Positions 26,648-36,803 of a stretch of DNA of 64,000 nucleotides are shown piece after piece (positions within the stretch are counted from its first letter, which is position 1; each line of letters begins with the position of its first letter). The notes under the pieces were generated by a model. It ran no database searches and was not told the origin of the DNA. It saw nothing but the letters and a program-made list of their open reading frames with translations. The position numbers were made by a program, and so were the translations under genes. The stretch lies in the NCBI GenBank assembly GCA_016192135.1, contig JACPUR010000014.1, positions 10,909 to 74,908 on the forward strand, read 5' to 3'. The DNA comes from Candidatus Tectimicrobiota bacterium (GTDB lineage: Bacteria > UBA8248).

Positions 26648-28780
26648 CTACGCCGCCCGGACGCGGGCGTCCACGGCCAGGGCGCCGCCTGGGGTCACGA
26701 TGAGGGGGTTGATGTCCAGCTCGGCCAGCGCCCCCTCCAGCTCGGCCGCCATCTCGGAGAGCCGGGCCAGGACGCGGGCCGCGGCGGGGAGATCCACCGG
26801 CGGCCTCCCGCGCACACCCTCAAACAACTTGGCCCCGCGCAGCCCCCACAGCATGGCCGAGGCCTCCTCCTCCCCGAAGGGGGGGAGCCGGCGGGCCGCC
26901 TCCCCGAAGACCTCCACGAAGATGCCCCCGATGCCCCCCGTGACGCAAAGGCCGAAGGCCGGGTCGCGCGAGAGCCCGGCCAGGAGCTCCACCCCGCCCT
27001 CCGCCATCCGCTGCACGAGGAGTCCCGCGTCCGGGGCCAGGGCGAGGAGGCGCGCCGCCGCTTCCCGGAGGCTCCCCTCGTCGTCCAGGCCGAGGACCAC
27101 GCCGCCGGCGTCGGTCTTGTGGACGAGGCCTTGGGAGATCGCCTTGAGGGCCACCGGCCCGCCCATTTTCCGCCAGGCGGCGACCGCCCCATCCGCGTCG
27201 GTGGCCTCGGCCTGGGCGGGCTGGGGGATGCCGTAGAGGCCGAGCAGGGCGCGGCAGGCGGCGGGCGGAAGCATTCCCTCCGGGCTCCGGGGCGCGCTCC
27301 CGATCAGCCGCCGCGCCTCCTTCTGGCGCGACAGGTCGATCTCCGACCCGGGCCTGGCCGCGCGCGCGGCGGCCTCCTCGAAGCCAGCCTGCGCGGCCAG
27401 CGCCCGCACCGCCCGGTCGTAGTCCTCGAAGACGGGCACCCCGGCCTTGCGCACGGCCTGGAGCGCCGCCCGGTGGGGCGCCATCCAGCAGCAGGCGAAG
27501 GGCTTGGCGCTCTCCTCGAAGAGGCGCTTGAAGTCCCGGCCCACCTGGTCCGCCATGTGGTGGTACACCCCCATCACGAGGACGGCGGCGTCCACCGAGG
27601 GATCGTCCCGCACCGCCGCGCCGGCCTCGGCGATGGGGCTCTGGCCGGGCTTGCTCACCATGACCGAGACGAGGTCCACCGGGTTCCGCAGGGCGGCGTA
27701 TCGCGGGAGGACGGCCTGGAGGCGGGCGCGGGTGGCCTCGGCGAGCGGGGGGAGGGAGAAGCCCTCCTCCACCGCGGCGTCCGCCACCAGGGAGGCCCCG
27801 CCCCCCGAGAAGCTCAGGACGCCGAGCCTTCTCCCTCCACCGGCCTTCGCCGGCGAAGGCCGCGGGGCGCGCGGCGCGCGCGAGAGGAAGTGAGCCGTCT
27901 CCATGAGCTCCTGGTAGGAGCGGCAGAGGGTGACGCCGCACTGCCGGGCGAAGGCGGTGAAGACACCGTGCGGGGTGGCGAGGGCGGCGGTGTGGCTCAT
28001 GGCGGCGCGGGCGCCCGCCTCGGTGGCCCCGGACTTGAGCAGCACGATGGGCTTCCCGGCCGCGAGGGCCCGCTCCGCCGCCCGGCGCAGGCCCTGCCCG
28101 TCGCGCACCGATTCGAGGTAGCCGCAGATGACGCGGGTATCGGGGTCGTCCACGAAGTGGTCCACGCACTCGGCGAAGTCCACGTCGGCCTCGTTGCCGA
28201 GGCTCACCATGGCGCTCAGGCCGGCGCCCGTGTCGTGGAGGTCGGAGATCATGCAGGCGGCGAGCGCCCCGCTGTGGGTGACGAGAGCGATGGGGCCGGG
28301 CGAGAGGGTTTCGCCCTCCCGGATGGAGATGGTGAAGGTGGCCATGAGGCGCGAGCGGGTGTGGATGACGCCCATGCAGTTGGGGCCCAGCAGGCGCATC
28401 CCCGCGGCGCGGCAGAGGCCGGCCATCTCCTCCTGGAGGCCCGCGCCCCCGGGGCCCGTCTCCCCGAAGCCCGAGGTGAAGACGGCGGCGGCCTTCACCC
28501 CGCGCTCCGCGCACTGGCGCAGCGCCGGAAGGACGGCGTCGCGCGGGGCGGCGAAGAGGGCGAGGTCGGGGGCCTCGGGAAGCGAGGCGACGTCGGGGTA
28601 GCAGCGCAGGCCCGCGATCTCCGCGCGGTTGGGGTTGATGGGGTAGATGGCGCCCGGGAAGCCGTGCTCCCGCATGAGGCGGATGGGGATGCCGCCCAGG
28701 CGCCGGAGATCCGAGGAGGCCCCCACCACGGCCACCGATGCCGGATGGAACAGGGGCGCCAGGCTGTGATTCGCGCTCAT
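26648..28780 (-). CDS. ADP-forming acyl-CoA synthetase (CoA-binding + ATP-grasp, acetate-CoA ligase family)
   Basis: 710 aa. PASVAVVGASSD…YPINPN… is followed by succinyl-CoA-synthetase-like and ATP-grasp regions. Confidence 0.85.
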   Translation of the reverse strand: MSANHSLAPLFHPASVAVVGASSDLRRLGGIPIRLMREHGFPGAIYPINPNRAEIAGLRCYPDVASLPEAPDLALFAAPRDAVLPALRQCAERGVKAAAVFTSGFGETGPGGAGLQEEMAGLCRAAGMRLLGPNCMGVIHTRSRLMATFTISIREGETLSPGPIALVTHSGALAACMISDLHDTGAGLSAMVSLGNEADVDFAECVDHFVDDPDTRVICGYLESVRDGQGLRRAAERALAAGKPIVLLKSGATEAGARAAMSHTAALATPHGVFTAFARQCGVTLCRSYQELMETAHFLSRAPRAPRPSPAKAGGGRRLGVLSFSGGGASLVADAAVEEGFSLPPLAEATRARLQAVLPRYAALRNPVDLVSVMVSKPGQSPIAEAGAAVRDDPSVDAAVLVMGVYHHMADQVGRDFKRLFEESAKPFACCWMAPHRAALQAVRKAGVPVFEDYDRAVRALAAQAGFEEAAARAARPGSEIDLSRQKEARRLIGSAPRSPEGMLPPAACRALLGLYGIPQPAQAEATDADGAVAAWRKMGGPVALKAISQGLVHKTDAGGVVLGLDDEGSLREAAARLLALAPDAGLLVQRMAEGGVELLAGLSRDPAFGLCVTGGIGGIFVEVFGEAARRLPPFGEEEASAMLWGLRGAKLFEGVRGRPPVDLPAAARVLARLSEMAAELEGALAELDINPLIVTPGGALAVDARVRAA

Positions 28781-29068
28781 GCGGCGGGTCCTAGACGGCC
28801 GTGGCGGGCAACTCGCAATTGAGACAAAGGAATCCCAATAACGGGTGACTCTCGATCACTCTCCGGCGAGGTGTCAACACGCGGCGCCTCCGCCGCGGGG
28901 CCGGGCGCCTTTCCGGACGGCTCATCGCGCGGCGGCGCTCCCGCGGTTGCAATATTTTCCGGTCGGAATACCCTGGATGGCACATCGGCTATGAATCCAT
29001 CCGTCGGGGCCCGCTTTCGTCCACACACGTGGAAAGGGATGCCGGCTCTTTCATGGGGAGAGAACACC

Positions 29069-30601
29069 ATGAGACGATCGTTTCTCGCCGCTCTCGTTCT
29101 CGCCGCCGGGGTCCTCGCCGCGCCCTCCACCCAGGCGTTCAAGGGAGAGGTCACCATCGCCTTGGCGGACGAGGTGCCCACGATGGACCCCCACATCATC
29201 ACCAGCGCCATCGGCGTGATGGTCTGGCGCTATCCCTTCGACACCCTGACCTCGGCCGATACGGCCACCGGGAAGGTCGGGCCCTGGCTCGCCGAGAGGT
29301 GGGAGCAGATCAGCCCTACCGCTATCAAGTTCTGGCTGCGCAAGGGCGTGAAGTTCTTCGACGGCACGCCCGTCACCTCCGAGGCGGTGAAGTACTCCAT
29401 CGGCCGCATCATGGACCCGGCGAACAAGAGCCGCTCGGCCCCGGCCTTCAAGGCGTTCGACCGGGTCGAGATCCTCGACGACCACACCTTCATCTGGCAC
29501 AACAAGGTCCCCGACAACGGCACCCTCAACCGCATGACCGTCCGTCCGGCCATCATGTCGCCGAAAACGAAGGGGTGGGACAAGGCCCGGTTCGCCCGCG
29601 AGCCCGCCGGTTCGGGGCCTTACATCCTCCAGTCCTGGACGAAGGGGCAGCGGATGGTTCTGGAGGCAAACCCCGGCTGGTGGGCCAACGACAGATTCCC
29701 CCACCGGCCGAAGACCGTCGTCCTCCGCCGGATCCAGGAGGCGTCCACGCGGGTCAAGGCCCTGGCCGTGGGCGAGGTGGACCTCATCACCCAGATTCAC
29801 CCCCAGTTCATGGACGAGATCAAGGACAACCCCAACGTCGAGATGAAGTCCGTGCCTTCCGTCCGGATCATGTACCTGGGGTTCCACACCCGTCACGGCG
29901 GGCCCTTCACGGACCTCAACGTGCGCCTCGCGGTCAACCACGCCATCGACACGGCCAGCATCATCCGGACCCTGCTCCGCGGGCAGGCCGTGCCCATCGG
30001 CCAGATGATCCACCAGTGGAACTACTCCGGCTACAACCCGGACAAGAGCTGGTACGGCTACGACCCGGCGAAGGCGAAGGAGTACATGCGGAAGTCCGCC
30101 TACCCGGACGGCTTCAAGGCCACCTTGCTCTCCCCCGTCGGACGGTTCCCGGCGGACAAGCAGACCTGCGAGGCGATGACGGGGATGCTCAAGGAGATCA
30201 AGATCGACGCGGTCTGCAAGCCGATGACCTTCGCGCTCTTCACGAGGGAGTACCGGGCATACGCGCAGGGCACGAAGAAGGACCCGGCCATGTACTACAT
30301 GGGCTTCGGGAACAGCTCGGGAGACCCCGGCCTCGCCATGATCAGTACCTCGGCCTGCGGGGGCGGATGGTCGAGCCATTGCTTCAAGGACCTGGACGAC
30401 GCGATGTACAAGGCCTTGGGCACCCCCGGCTCCGAGGCGCAGCAGGCCGGGTGGGAGCGCGTGACGGACATGATCAAGGCGAAGGCGACCCACAAGATCA
30501 TGTTCCAGGTCAACGACGTCGTGGCCTTCCAGAAGAAGAGGATCGAATTCCGCCCGCGATACGACGAGATCGTCTATGCCTGGGAGATCGTCATGAAGTG
30601 A
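29069..30601 (+). CDS. ABC transporter substrate-binding protein, family 5 (peptide/nickel type)
   Basis: Signal peptide MRRSFLAALVLAAGVLAAPSTQA and an SBP_bac_5-like body. ATG 29069 lies inside ORF 28871-30601. Confidence 0.85.
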   Translation: MRRSFLAALVLAAGVLAAPSTQAFKGEVTIALADEVPTMDPHIITSAIGVMVWRYPFDTLTSADTATGKVGPWLAERWEQISPTAIKFWLRKGVKFFDGTPVTSEAVKYSIGRIMDPANKSRSAPAFKAFDRVEILDDHTFIWHNKVPDNGTLNRMTVRPAIMSPKTKGWDKARFAREPAGSGPYILQSWTKGQRMVLEANPGWWANDRFPHRPKTVVLRRIQEASTRVKALAVGEVDLITQIHPQFMDEIKDNPNVEMKSVPSVRIMYLGFHTRHGGPFTDLNVRLAVNHAIDTASIIRTLLRGQAVPIGQMIHQWNYSGYNPDKSWYGYDPAKAKEYMRKSAYPDGFKATLLSPVGRFPADKQTCEAMTGMLKEIKIDAVCKPMTFALFTREYRAYAQGTKKDPAMYYMGFGNSSGDPGLAMISTSACGGGWSSHCFKDLDDAMYKALGTPGSEAQQAGWERVTDMIKAKATHKIMFQVNDVVAFQKKRIEFRPRYDEIVYAWEIVMK

Positions 30602-30670
30602 GAGCGGGGCCGCCCCGGCCCGCCCTCTTCCGCGAACGGCCGGGATTCCCGGTATCCCGCCGCCGCGCGG

Positions 30671-31276
30671 CTAGTGCATCGGGGAGAAGGGGGCCGGGAG
30701 CCAGATCTCCGACTGCTGGGATTTCAGGATGCCCCGGGCGTAGTCGATGGTGCCGGGCGGCCAGCCGGCCTCGTGGGCGCGGCCGCGCACCTCGGCGCGG
30801 TGGTTGAGGTCCCGGTAGGGCCAGAAGTGGACGTACTCCCAGGAGCCGTCGGGAGCGGGCTCCGAGAAGAAGAGCGCCACGCAGGGCGAGAGCTTCAGCC
30901 GGGGGGGGAGATGCTTCTCCCAGGCGCGGACGGCGTCGTCCATCCTTCCGGGATGGCCCTGGTAGGTGCGGACCTCGTAGACGCCGCCCCAGCTGCCCAC
31001 GAGCGGGCGGGGAAGAAGGGGGACGGTGCGGTACATCCTGGAGGTGGAGCCCTCCACCTCGCAGCAGTTGGTCAGCGCGCGGCGCACGCGCGCCTGCTGG
31101 TCCCCGTCCTCGTGCGCCCAGACCAGCATCGCCCGGTTGAGGAGGCCGATGTCGGCCTGGAAGAGGCCGAGGAGCGAGGCCCCCAGGTCGTGCTTCCGGA
31201 AGACCCGCGCGAACTCTTTCGCGTACTCCCCCCACCCCCGGGGCGCCAAACGCACGATTTCGATCTCATAGATCAT
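30671..31276 (-). CDS. NIPSNAP family protein
   Basis: Two NIPSNAP-like halves (MIYEIEIVRL… and VYEVRTYQ…). ATG 31276 follows GGAGAA. Confidence 0.7.
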   Translation of the reverse strand: MIYEIEIVRLAPRGWGEYAKEFARVFRKHDLGASLLGLFQADIGLLNRAMLVWAHEDGDQQARVRRALTNCCEVEGSTSRMYRTVPLLPRPLVGSWGGVYEVRTYQGHPGRMDDAVRAWEKHLPPRLKLSPCVALFFSEPAPDGSWEYVHFWPYRDLNHRAEVRGRAHEAGWPPGTIDYARGILKSQQSEIWLPAPFSPMH

Positions 31277-31522
31277 GCGGAATTTCTCCACACAGAGGCC
31301 GCCGGATTATCCGACGCCATTCTCCAAAGACGCAACCGAGAGTGGGAGGTACGCGCAATCCATTGATAAGCATGAGAGTACGGGCCAAGGCCGCCGTGGC
31401 CCAAATTTCCTCCCAGGCGGGGCTTGACTTTGATTTTGCCAAACCACACAGTGCCGGGAATCTCTAGATTGATCATCCTTTCTCAATACAGAGACAAAGC
31501 AGAAGAGAAGCAGAGGCCCCAA

Positions 31523-32392
31523 ATGGACCACACGCCCTCCGCCATCCGGCATGCCCTCGACACCATCGAGGCCTTCCAGTTCGGGCCCAAGGAATTCAGC
31601 GCGCGCGAGCTCCATGAGATGCTCCACATCCCGCGCGCGACGCAGTACCGCGTCCTGCGGGTGCTGGAGGAGCGCGGCTACCTGCGCCGCGACCCCCAGA
31701 GCGGCCGCTACCGCATGGGCTTCAAGATCCTCCAGCTCGCCGCCCTCGCCCAGGATCAGATGGAGCTCGTGCGCATCGCCCAGGACGTGCTCCACCGCAT
31801 GTGGATCGAGTCGCGGGAGACGGCCCAGCTCGCGGTCGTGGACGGCCTCGAAACGGTCTACCTCCGGGTGCTGGAGAGCCCCGTGCCCCACCGGTTCGTG
31901 CTGCGGCCGGGCGTGCGGGCGCCCATCCACTGCACCTCCCCCGGCCTCGCCATCCTCGCCCACTCCCCGAAGGAGAAGGTGGAGGAGGTGCTCCGCGCCG
32001 GGCTCAAGCGCTTCACCGACAAGACCATCACCGCCCCGGAGGCGCTTCTCGCCCGGCTGGAGCAGATCCGCCGCGAGGGCGTGGCCATCAACCGGGGCGA
32101 GTGGCGGGAGAGCGGCGGAGGGATCTCGGCCCCCGCCTTCGATTTCACGGGCGAGGCGGTGGCCGCCATCGGGCTCTCGGGGCCGAACGACCGGCTCACG
32201 GAGGACCGGGTGCCGGCCATCGCGGAGGCCGTCCGGCGAGGGGCCGCCGAGCTGTCCAGGCTCCTGGGGGGAGCACCATCACCGCCGCTTGGGGCGGAGA
32301 GTGGCGTATCGGTCAACGGGGGAACCCGCGGTCATCCAAAGGAGAAGAGCAATGGAGTACAAAAGCGCGTCCGAAGCCAAGGAGTACTGTAA
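31523..32392 (+). CDS. IclR family transcriptional regulator
   Basis: ALDTIEAFQFGPKEFSARELHEMLHIPRATQYRVLRVLEERGYLRRD wHTH plus an IclR effector domain. Confidence 0.85.
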   Translation: MDHTPSAIRHALDTIEAFQFGPKEFSARELHEMLHIPRATQYRVLRVLEERGYLRRDPQSGRYRMGFKILQLAALAQDQMELVRIAQDVLHRMWIESRETAQLAVVDGLETVYLRVLESPVPHRFVLRPGVRAPIHCTSPGLAILAHSPKEKVEEVLRAGLKRFTDKTITAPEALLARLEQIRREGVAINRGEWRESGGGISAPAFDFTGEAVAAIGLSGPNDRLTEDRVPAIAEAVRRGAAELSRLLGGAPSPPLGAESGVSVNGGTRGHPKEKSNGVQKRVRSQGVL

Positions 32393-33326
32393 GGCCCACA
32401 TGAAGGGCGTGTGGGCCGCCCTCTGCACTCCGTTCACCCCCTCGGGCGAGCTGGACGAGGAGGGCCTCCGCCGCAACGTCCGCCGCTGCATCGACGACCT
32501 CAAGATCGACGGCTTCTTCTGCAACGGCCTCATGGGCGAATTCTGGTCGCTCTCCCCGCAGGAGCGCAAGCGCGCCCAGCACATCGTCTGCGAGGAGAGC
32601 CGGGGCAATGCCCAGACCATCCCGCACACGGCCCACATCAACATCTCCGAGGCGGTCGAGCTCACCCACCACGCCGAGGAAGTGGGCGGCGACTACGTGA
32701 TCATGATCAACCCGGTCTACGGCGCGCACGACGACGACGAGATCTTCCTCTACTTCCAGACCATCGCCAAGCAGACCGAGATGGGCATCGCCCTCTTCAA
32801 CCAGCCCAAGTCGGGCACGACCCTCAGCCCCGCGCTCGTCGAGCGGCTGACCGACATCCCCAACATCTGCTGCATCAAGAACGCGGTCAACAGCATGGAC
32901 CACATGGCCGAGGTCCGGCGCCGGGTGGGCGACAAGATCGTGGTCTGCGACCCCAGCGACGAGAACATGCTGGTCGGCATGGCGCACTTCGGGATGCAGG
33001 TCCACATGTCCTCGCCCGCGCCGTTCCTGTACCAGGTCCCCGGCTACACCCCGATGAAGGACATGTACGACGCGATCCAGAAGGGCGACATGGTCAAGGC
33101 CTGGAAGCTCCACTATGAGCTCGAGCCCCTGCGCCAGGTGCGGAAGAAGTACTTCACCTCGGGCCCGAACGGCCGGACGACGGCCTACCTGAAGGAGTGG
33201 AGCAAGCTCCTCGGCATGGCCGCCGGCGAGCCGCGCCCGCCCATCGTCCCCCTGACGGACAAGGAGCGGAAGCAGTTCCGGGACGATCTGACCAAGACCG
33301 GGATTCTCGACAAGGTGAAGGCCTAG
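32352..33326 (+). CDS. dihydrodipicolinate synthase (DapA/aldolase class I) family protein
   Basis: GVWAALCTPFTPSGELDEEGLRRNVRRCIDD…GFFCNGLMGEFWSLS… ATG 32352 follows AAGGAGAAG. Confidence 0.85.
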   Translation: MEYKSASEAKEYCKAHMKGVWAALCTPFTPSGELDEEGLRRNVRRCIDDLKIDGFFCNGLMGEFWSLSPQERKRAQHIVCEESRGNAQTIPHTAHINISEAVELTHHAEEVGGDYVIMINPVYGAHDDDEIFLYFQTIAKQTEMGIALFNQPKSGTTLSPALVERLTDIPNICCIKNAVNSMDHMAEVRRRVGDKIVVCDPSDENMLVGMAHFGMQVHMSSPAPFLYQVPGYTPMKDMYDAIQKGDMVKAWKLHYELEPLRQVRKKYFTSGPNGRTTAYLKEWSKLLGMAAGEPRPPIVPLTDKERKQFRDDLTKTGILDKVKA

Positions 33327-33472
33327 GCTTCATTCCCGCGTCCATGCGCCCTCGGGGGTGGCCCGGCCGCCCCCGAGGGCGGAACTCTCGAACTCATCAG
33401 CGGTGGGAAGGCCGGTGCGGCGGCCCATGCGCCGCCATGCGGTCATCCAGGATTACTGGAGGAAAAAATCCC

Positions 33473-35050
33473 ATGATGCATATTCTCGCCGCTGCCCTCG
33501 CAGTTCTCGCCCTCGCCCTTGGACCCGCGGCCGGCGCCCAGGCCGCGAAGCGGGGCGGCACCCTCCGGATCGCGACCGAGGGAGAAGCGTTCGATCTCAA
33601 CCCCATCGGGATCAGCGGCGCCCTGAAGGTCTACCGGGAGATCATGGGCGGCGCCCTTCTCCGCCTCGACGAGAACTTCAACCCCATCGGCGACCTGGCG
33701 AAGAGCTGGGAGATCTCCGACGAAGGGCGCATCGTCACCTTCAAGCTCCACCCCGGGGGCACCTACCACGACGGCGCCCCGCTCGACGCCGAATCGGTCA
33801 AGTGGAACCTCGACCTCGTCAACAAGACGGTCCCGAAGTGGGTCGAGGAGATGAAGAAAAAGAACCCCAAGTACAAGTGGCAAAATCTCTTCGTCAACTA
33901 TCTCTACCACATCGACAAGGTGGAGGTGGTGGACAAGTACACCCTCCGCGTCCACCAGAAGGACCTGGGTAAGGGCCAGCTCTTCGACGCCATGACGGGC
34001 ACCCTGGGACGCTTCGTCCTCGTCTCGCCCAAGGCCTACGACACCGACATCGAGTCCTTCCGCCGCCGCCCCGTCCTGAGCGGCCCCTACAAGTTCGTGG
34101 AGTGGAAGCGCAACCAGCACCTCTTCGCCGAGCGCCACAGGGGCTTCTACCGCAAGGGCCAGCCCTACCTCGACCGGCTCGAGTTCTACTTCATCCCCGA
34201 CGCGAACCAGCGGATGAACGCCCTCCTCTCGGGCCAGATCGACGTCATCAACAACCTGCCCCTCTCCCTCTACGAGACGATGAAGAAGGCGCCCGGCGTC
34301 GTCGTCCACCGGGGGCGGGCCACCATCAACTACGCCTTCCCCTTCAACAACCAGATGGAGCCCTGGAAGGACCTCCGGGTGCGCAAGGCCGTCTCCTGCT
34401 ACGCCGTGGACCGGGCCCAGATCGTGAAGACCGCCCTGCGGGGGCTCGGCAAGCCCTGGGTGACCTTCGCGCCCGGCGGGGCCGTGGACGCGCTCGACCT
34501 CACGGCCGAGTGCCCCTACGACCCCGAGAAGGCCAAGAAGCTCCTGGCCGAGGCGGGCTACGGCCCGGGCAAGCCCCTCAAGATCACCATGACGACCAAC
34601 AACTCCGACCCGGCCCACATCGAGGTGTCCCAGGCGCTCAAGCTCCAGTTCGCCAAGAGCAACATCGACATGGAAGTCAAGATCGTGGACTACGCCACCT
34701 GGAACCGCGGCTTCGTGGGCCAGCACAAGATCCAGCTCACGCTCCAGAACACGCTCTCCTCCCGCAGCGTGAACAGCAACTCCCACGTCGTCTACTCGAA
34801 GGCGGGGAACGACTACTACCAAGTCAAGGACCCCAAGCTGGACGAGCTGCTGGACGCCTGGCGCTCGACCATCGACCCGCGCAAGCAGCTCGAGGCCAGC
34901 CACGCGATCCAGCGCTACGTCCTGGACCAGGCGTATTACCCCAACCTCGCCACCTTCTCGTTCCTGGAGGTCACGCGGGACTACGTGAAGGGATTCAAGT
35001 ACCTGGGCAAGCTGATGTTCGACTACAGCGAGGTCTGGCTGGACAAATAG
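33473..35050 (+). CDS. ABC substrate-binding protein family 5, tandem paralog 1
   Basis: Signal peptide MMHILAAALAVLALALGPAAGAQAAKRGGTLRI and an SBP_bac_5 body. Confidence 0.9.
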   Translation: MMHILAAALAVLALALGPAAGAQAAKRGGTLRIATEGEAFDLNPIGISGALKVYREIMGGALLRLDENFNPIGDLAKSWEISDEGRIVTFKLHPGGTYHDGAPLDAESVKWNLDLVNKTVPKWVEEMKKKNPKYKWQNLFVNYLYHIDKVEVVDKYTLRVHQKDLGKGQLFDAMTGTLGRFVLVSPKAYDTDIESFRRRPVLSGPYKFVEWKRNQHLFAERHRGFYRKGQPYLDRLEFYFIPDANQRMNALLSGQIDVINNLPLSLYETMKKAPGVVVHRGRATINYAFPFNNQMEPWKDLRVRKAVSCYAVDRAQIVKTALRGLGKPWVTFAPGGAVDALDLTAECPYDPEKAKKLLAEAGYGPGKPLKITMTTNNSDPAHIEVSQALKLQFAKSNIDMEVKIVDYATWNRGFVGQHKIQLTLQNTLSSRSVNSNSHVVYSKAGNDYYQVKDPKLDELLDAWRSTIDPRKQLEASHAIQRYVLDQAYYPNLATFSFLEVTRDYVKGFKYLGKLMFDYSEVWLDK

Positions 35051-35090
35051 CCGCCTGAACCGCGGCGCGCACCGGAAGGATGGAGCCGAC

Positions 35091-36668
35091 ATGAAAGCCC
35101 GCCTGGCATTGATCGCCGCCGCCCTGCTGCTGCTCGGCGCCGCGCCCGGCGCCCACGCCGCCAAGCGCGGCGGGACCCTGCGCGTGGCCATGGAGGGGGA
35201 CACCACCGACCTCGACGTCGTCAAGGTCGGCTGGCCCCTCAAGGTGTACCGGGAGAGCCTCGGCACCGGCCTCATGTCCGTGAACGAGAACTTCGAGTTC
35301 ACGGGAGACTTGGCGCGGAGCTGGGAGCTCTCCGACGAAGGGCGGGTCCTCACCCTGAGGCTCCACCCCGGCGGGACCTACCACGACGGGGCCCCGCTCG
35401 ACGCCGAGTCGGTGAAGTGGAACTTCGGCCTCGTCACGGGCGAGGTGGTGCCGAAGTGGCTGCAGGAGGCCCGGAAGAAGAACCCGAAGGCGCAGATACC
35501 CAACAGCTTCAAGGCCTACCTGAGCCACGTCCAGAAGGTGGAGGTGGTGGACAAGTACACCCTCCGCATCCACCAGAAGGACATCGGCAAGGCCCAGACC
35601 TTCGAGGCCCTGGCCGCCACCTTCACCCGGTTCGTGCTCGTCTCGCCCAAGGCCTACGACATGGACATCGAGAAGTTCAGCCGGTCGCCGGTCCTGAGCG
35701 GTCCCTTCAAGTTCGTGGAGTGGAAGCGCAACCAGCACCTCTTCGCCGAGCGCCACAAGGGCTACTTCGACAAGAACCTGCCCTACGTGGACCGGATCGA
35801 GTTCTACTTCATGCCCGACGCCAACCAGCGGATGAACGCCCTGACCTCCGGGCAGATCGACATCATCAACAACCTGCCCCTGTCCCTCTACGAGACGGCC
35901 AAGAAGGCGCCCGGCGTCCGGACCTACCTCGGCCGGACCACCACCAACTACGCCTTCCCCTACAACGTGCAGCTTCCGATGTGGAAGGACATCCGCGTCC
36001 GGAAGGCCATCTCGTGCTACGGGGTGGACCGGGCCGGGATCGCCAAGACCGCCCTGCGCGGCCTCGGGCAGCCCTGGAACAGCGTCTCCCCCCCCGGGGC
36101 CGTCGACGCCCTCGACCTCACCAAGGAGTGCCCCTACGATCCGGAGAAGGCCAGGAAGCTCCTCGCCGAGGCGGGCTACGGGCCGGCCAAGCCCTTCAAG
36201 TTCACCATGACCACCAACAACTCCGATCCGGCCCACCTCGAGGTGGCCCAGGCGCTGAAGTCCCAGTTCGCCCGGATCGGGGCGGACATGGACATCCGGG
36301 TGGTGGACTACGCCACCTGGAACCGCGCCTTCGTGGTCCAGCGCAGGCTGGAGATCACCCTTCAAAACACGCTCTCCTCGCTGACCGTGAACACCAATTC
36401 CCACGTCTTCTACTCGAAGTCGGGGCTCGACTACTACAACATCAAGGACCCCAAGCTGGACGGCCTCGTGGAGGCCTGGCGCTCCACCATCGACCCGCGC
36501 CGGCAGATCGAGGCCAGCCACCGCATCCAGCGGTACATGGCCGAGATGGCCTACTACCCGGCCATCGCCGGGTTCCCGTTCATCCAGGCGTCGCGGGCGG
36601 ACGTGAAGGGCTTCCACTACCTGGGCAAGCTGATGAACGACTTCCGCGGGGTGTGGCTGGACAGGTAA
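35091..36668 (+). CDS. ABC substrate-binding protein family 5, tandem paralog 2
   Basis: MKARLALIAAALLLLGAAPGAHAAKRGGTLRV. Collinear with paralogs 1 and 3. Confidence 0.9.
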   Translation: MKARLALIAAALLLLGAAPGAHAAKRGGTLRVAMEGDTTDLDVVKVGWPLKVYRESLGTGLMSVNENFEFTGDLARSWELSDEGRVLTLRLHPGGTYHDGAPLDAESVKWNFGLVTGEVVPKWLQEARKKNPKAQIPNSFKAYLSHVQKVEVVDKYTLRIHQKDIGKAQTFEALAATFTRFVLVSPKAYDMDIEKFSRSPVLSGPFKFVEWKRNQHLFAERHKGYFDKNLPYVDRIEFYFMPDANQRMNALTSGQIDIINNLPLSLYETAKKAPGVRTYLGRTTTNYAFPYNVQLPMWKDIRVRKAISCYGVDRAGIAKTALRGLGQPWNSVSPPGAVDALDLTKECPYDPEKARKLLAEAGYGPAKPFKFTMTTNNSDPAHLEVAQALKSQFARIGADMDIRVVDYATWNRAFVVQRRLEITLQNTLSSLTVNTNSHVFYSKSGLDYYNIKDPKLDGLVEAWRSTIDPRRQIEASHRIQRYMAEMAYYPAIAGFPFIQASRADVKGFHYLGKLMNDFRGVWLDR

Positions 36669-36803
36669 GAGCCTTTTTGAGAAAAATGACCATTCGAAAA
36701 GCGGCCATCATCCGGCCGGCGGCCGCCCCGCGGCGCCGGGCGCACCGCGATCCTGACGCTGGATCCTGACAATGCAGGCCCAAACCATGGGAGGCACACC
36801 ATC

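Noticed and set aside
31551-33326. The 591-aa ORF suggesting an IclR-DapA fusion or a long N-terminal extension of the DapA-like protein.
   Set aside because: The first 267 codons are an alternative frame across the IclR gene (a Pro/Arg/Ser-rich translation). A strong RBS and ATG at 32352 begins the recognisable DapA-family sequence.
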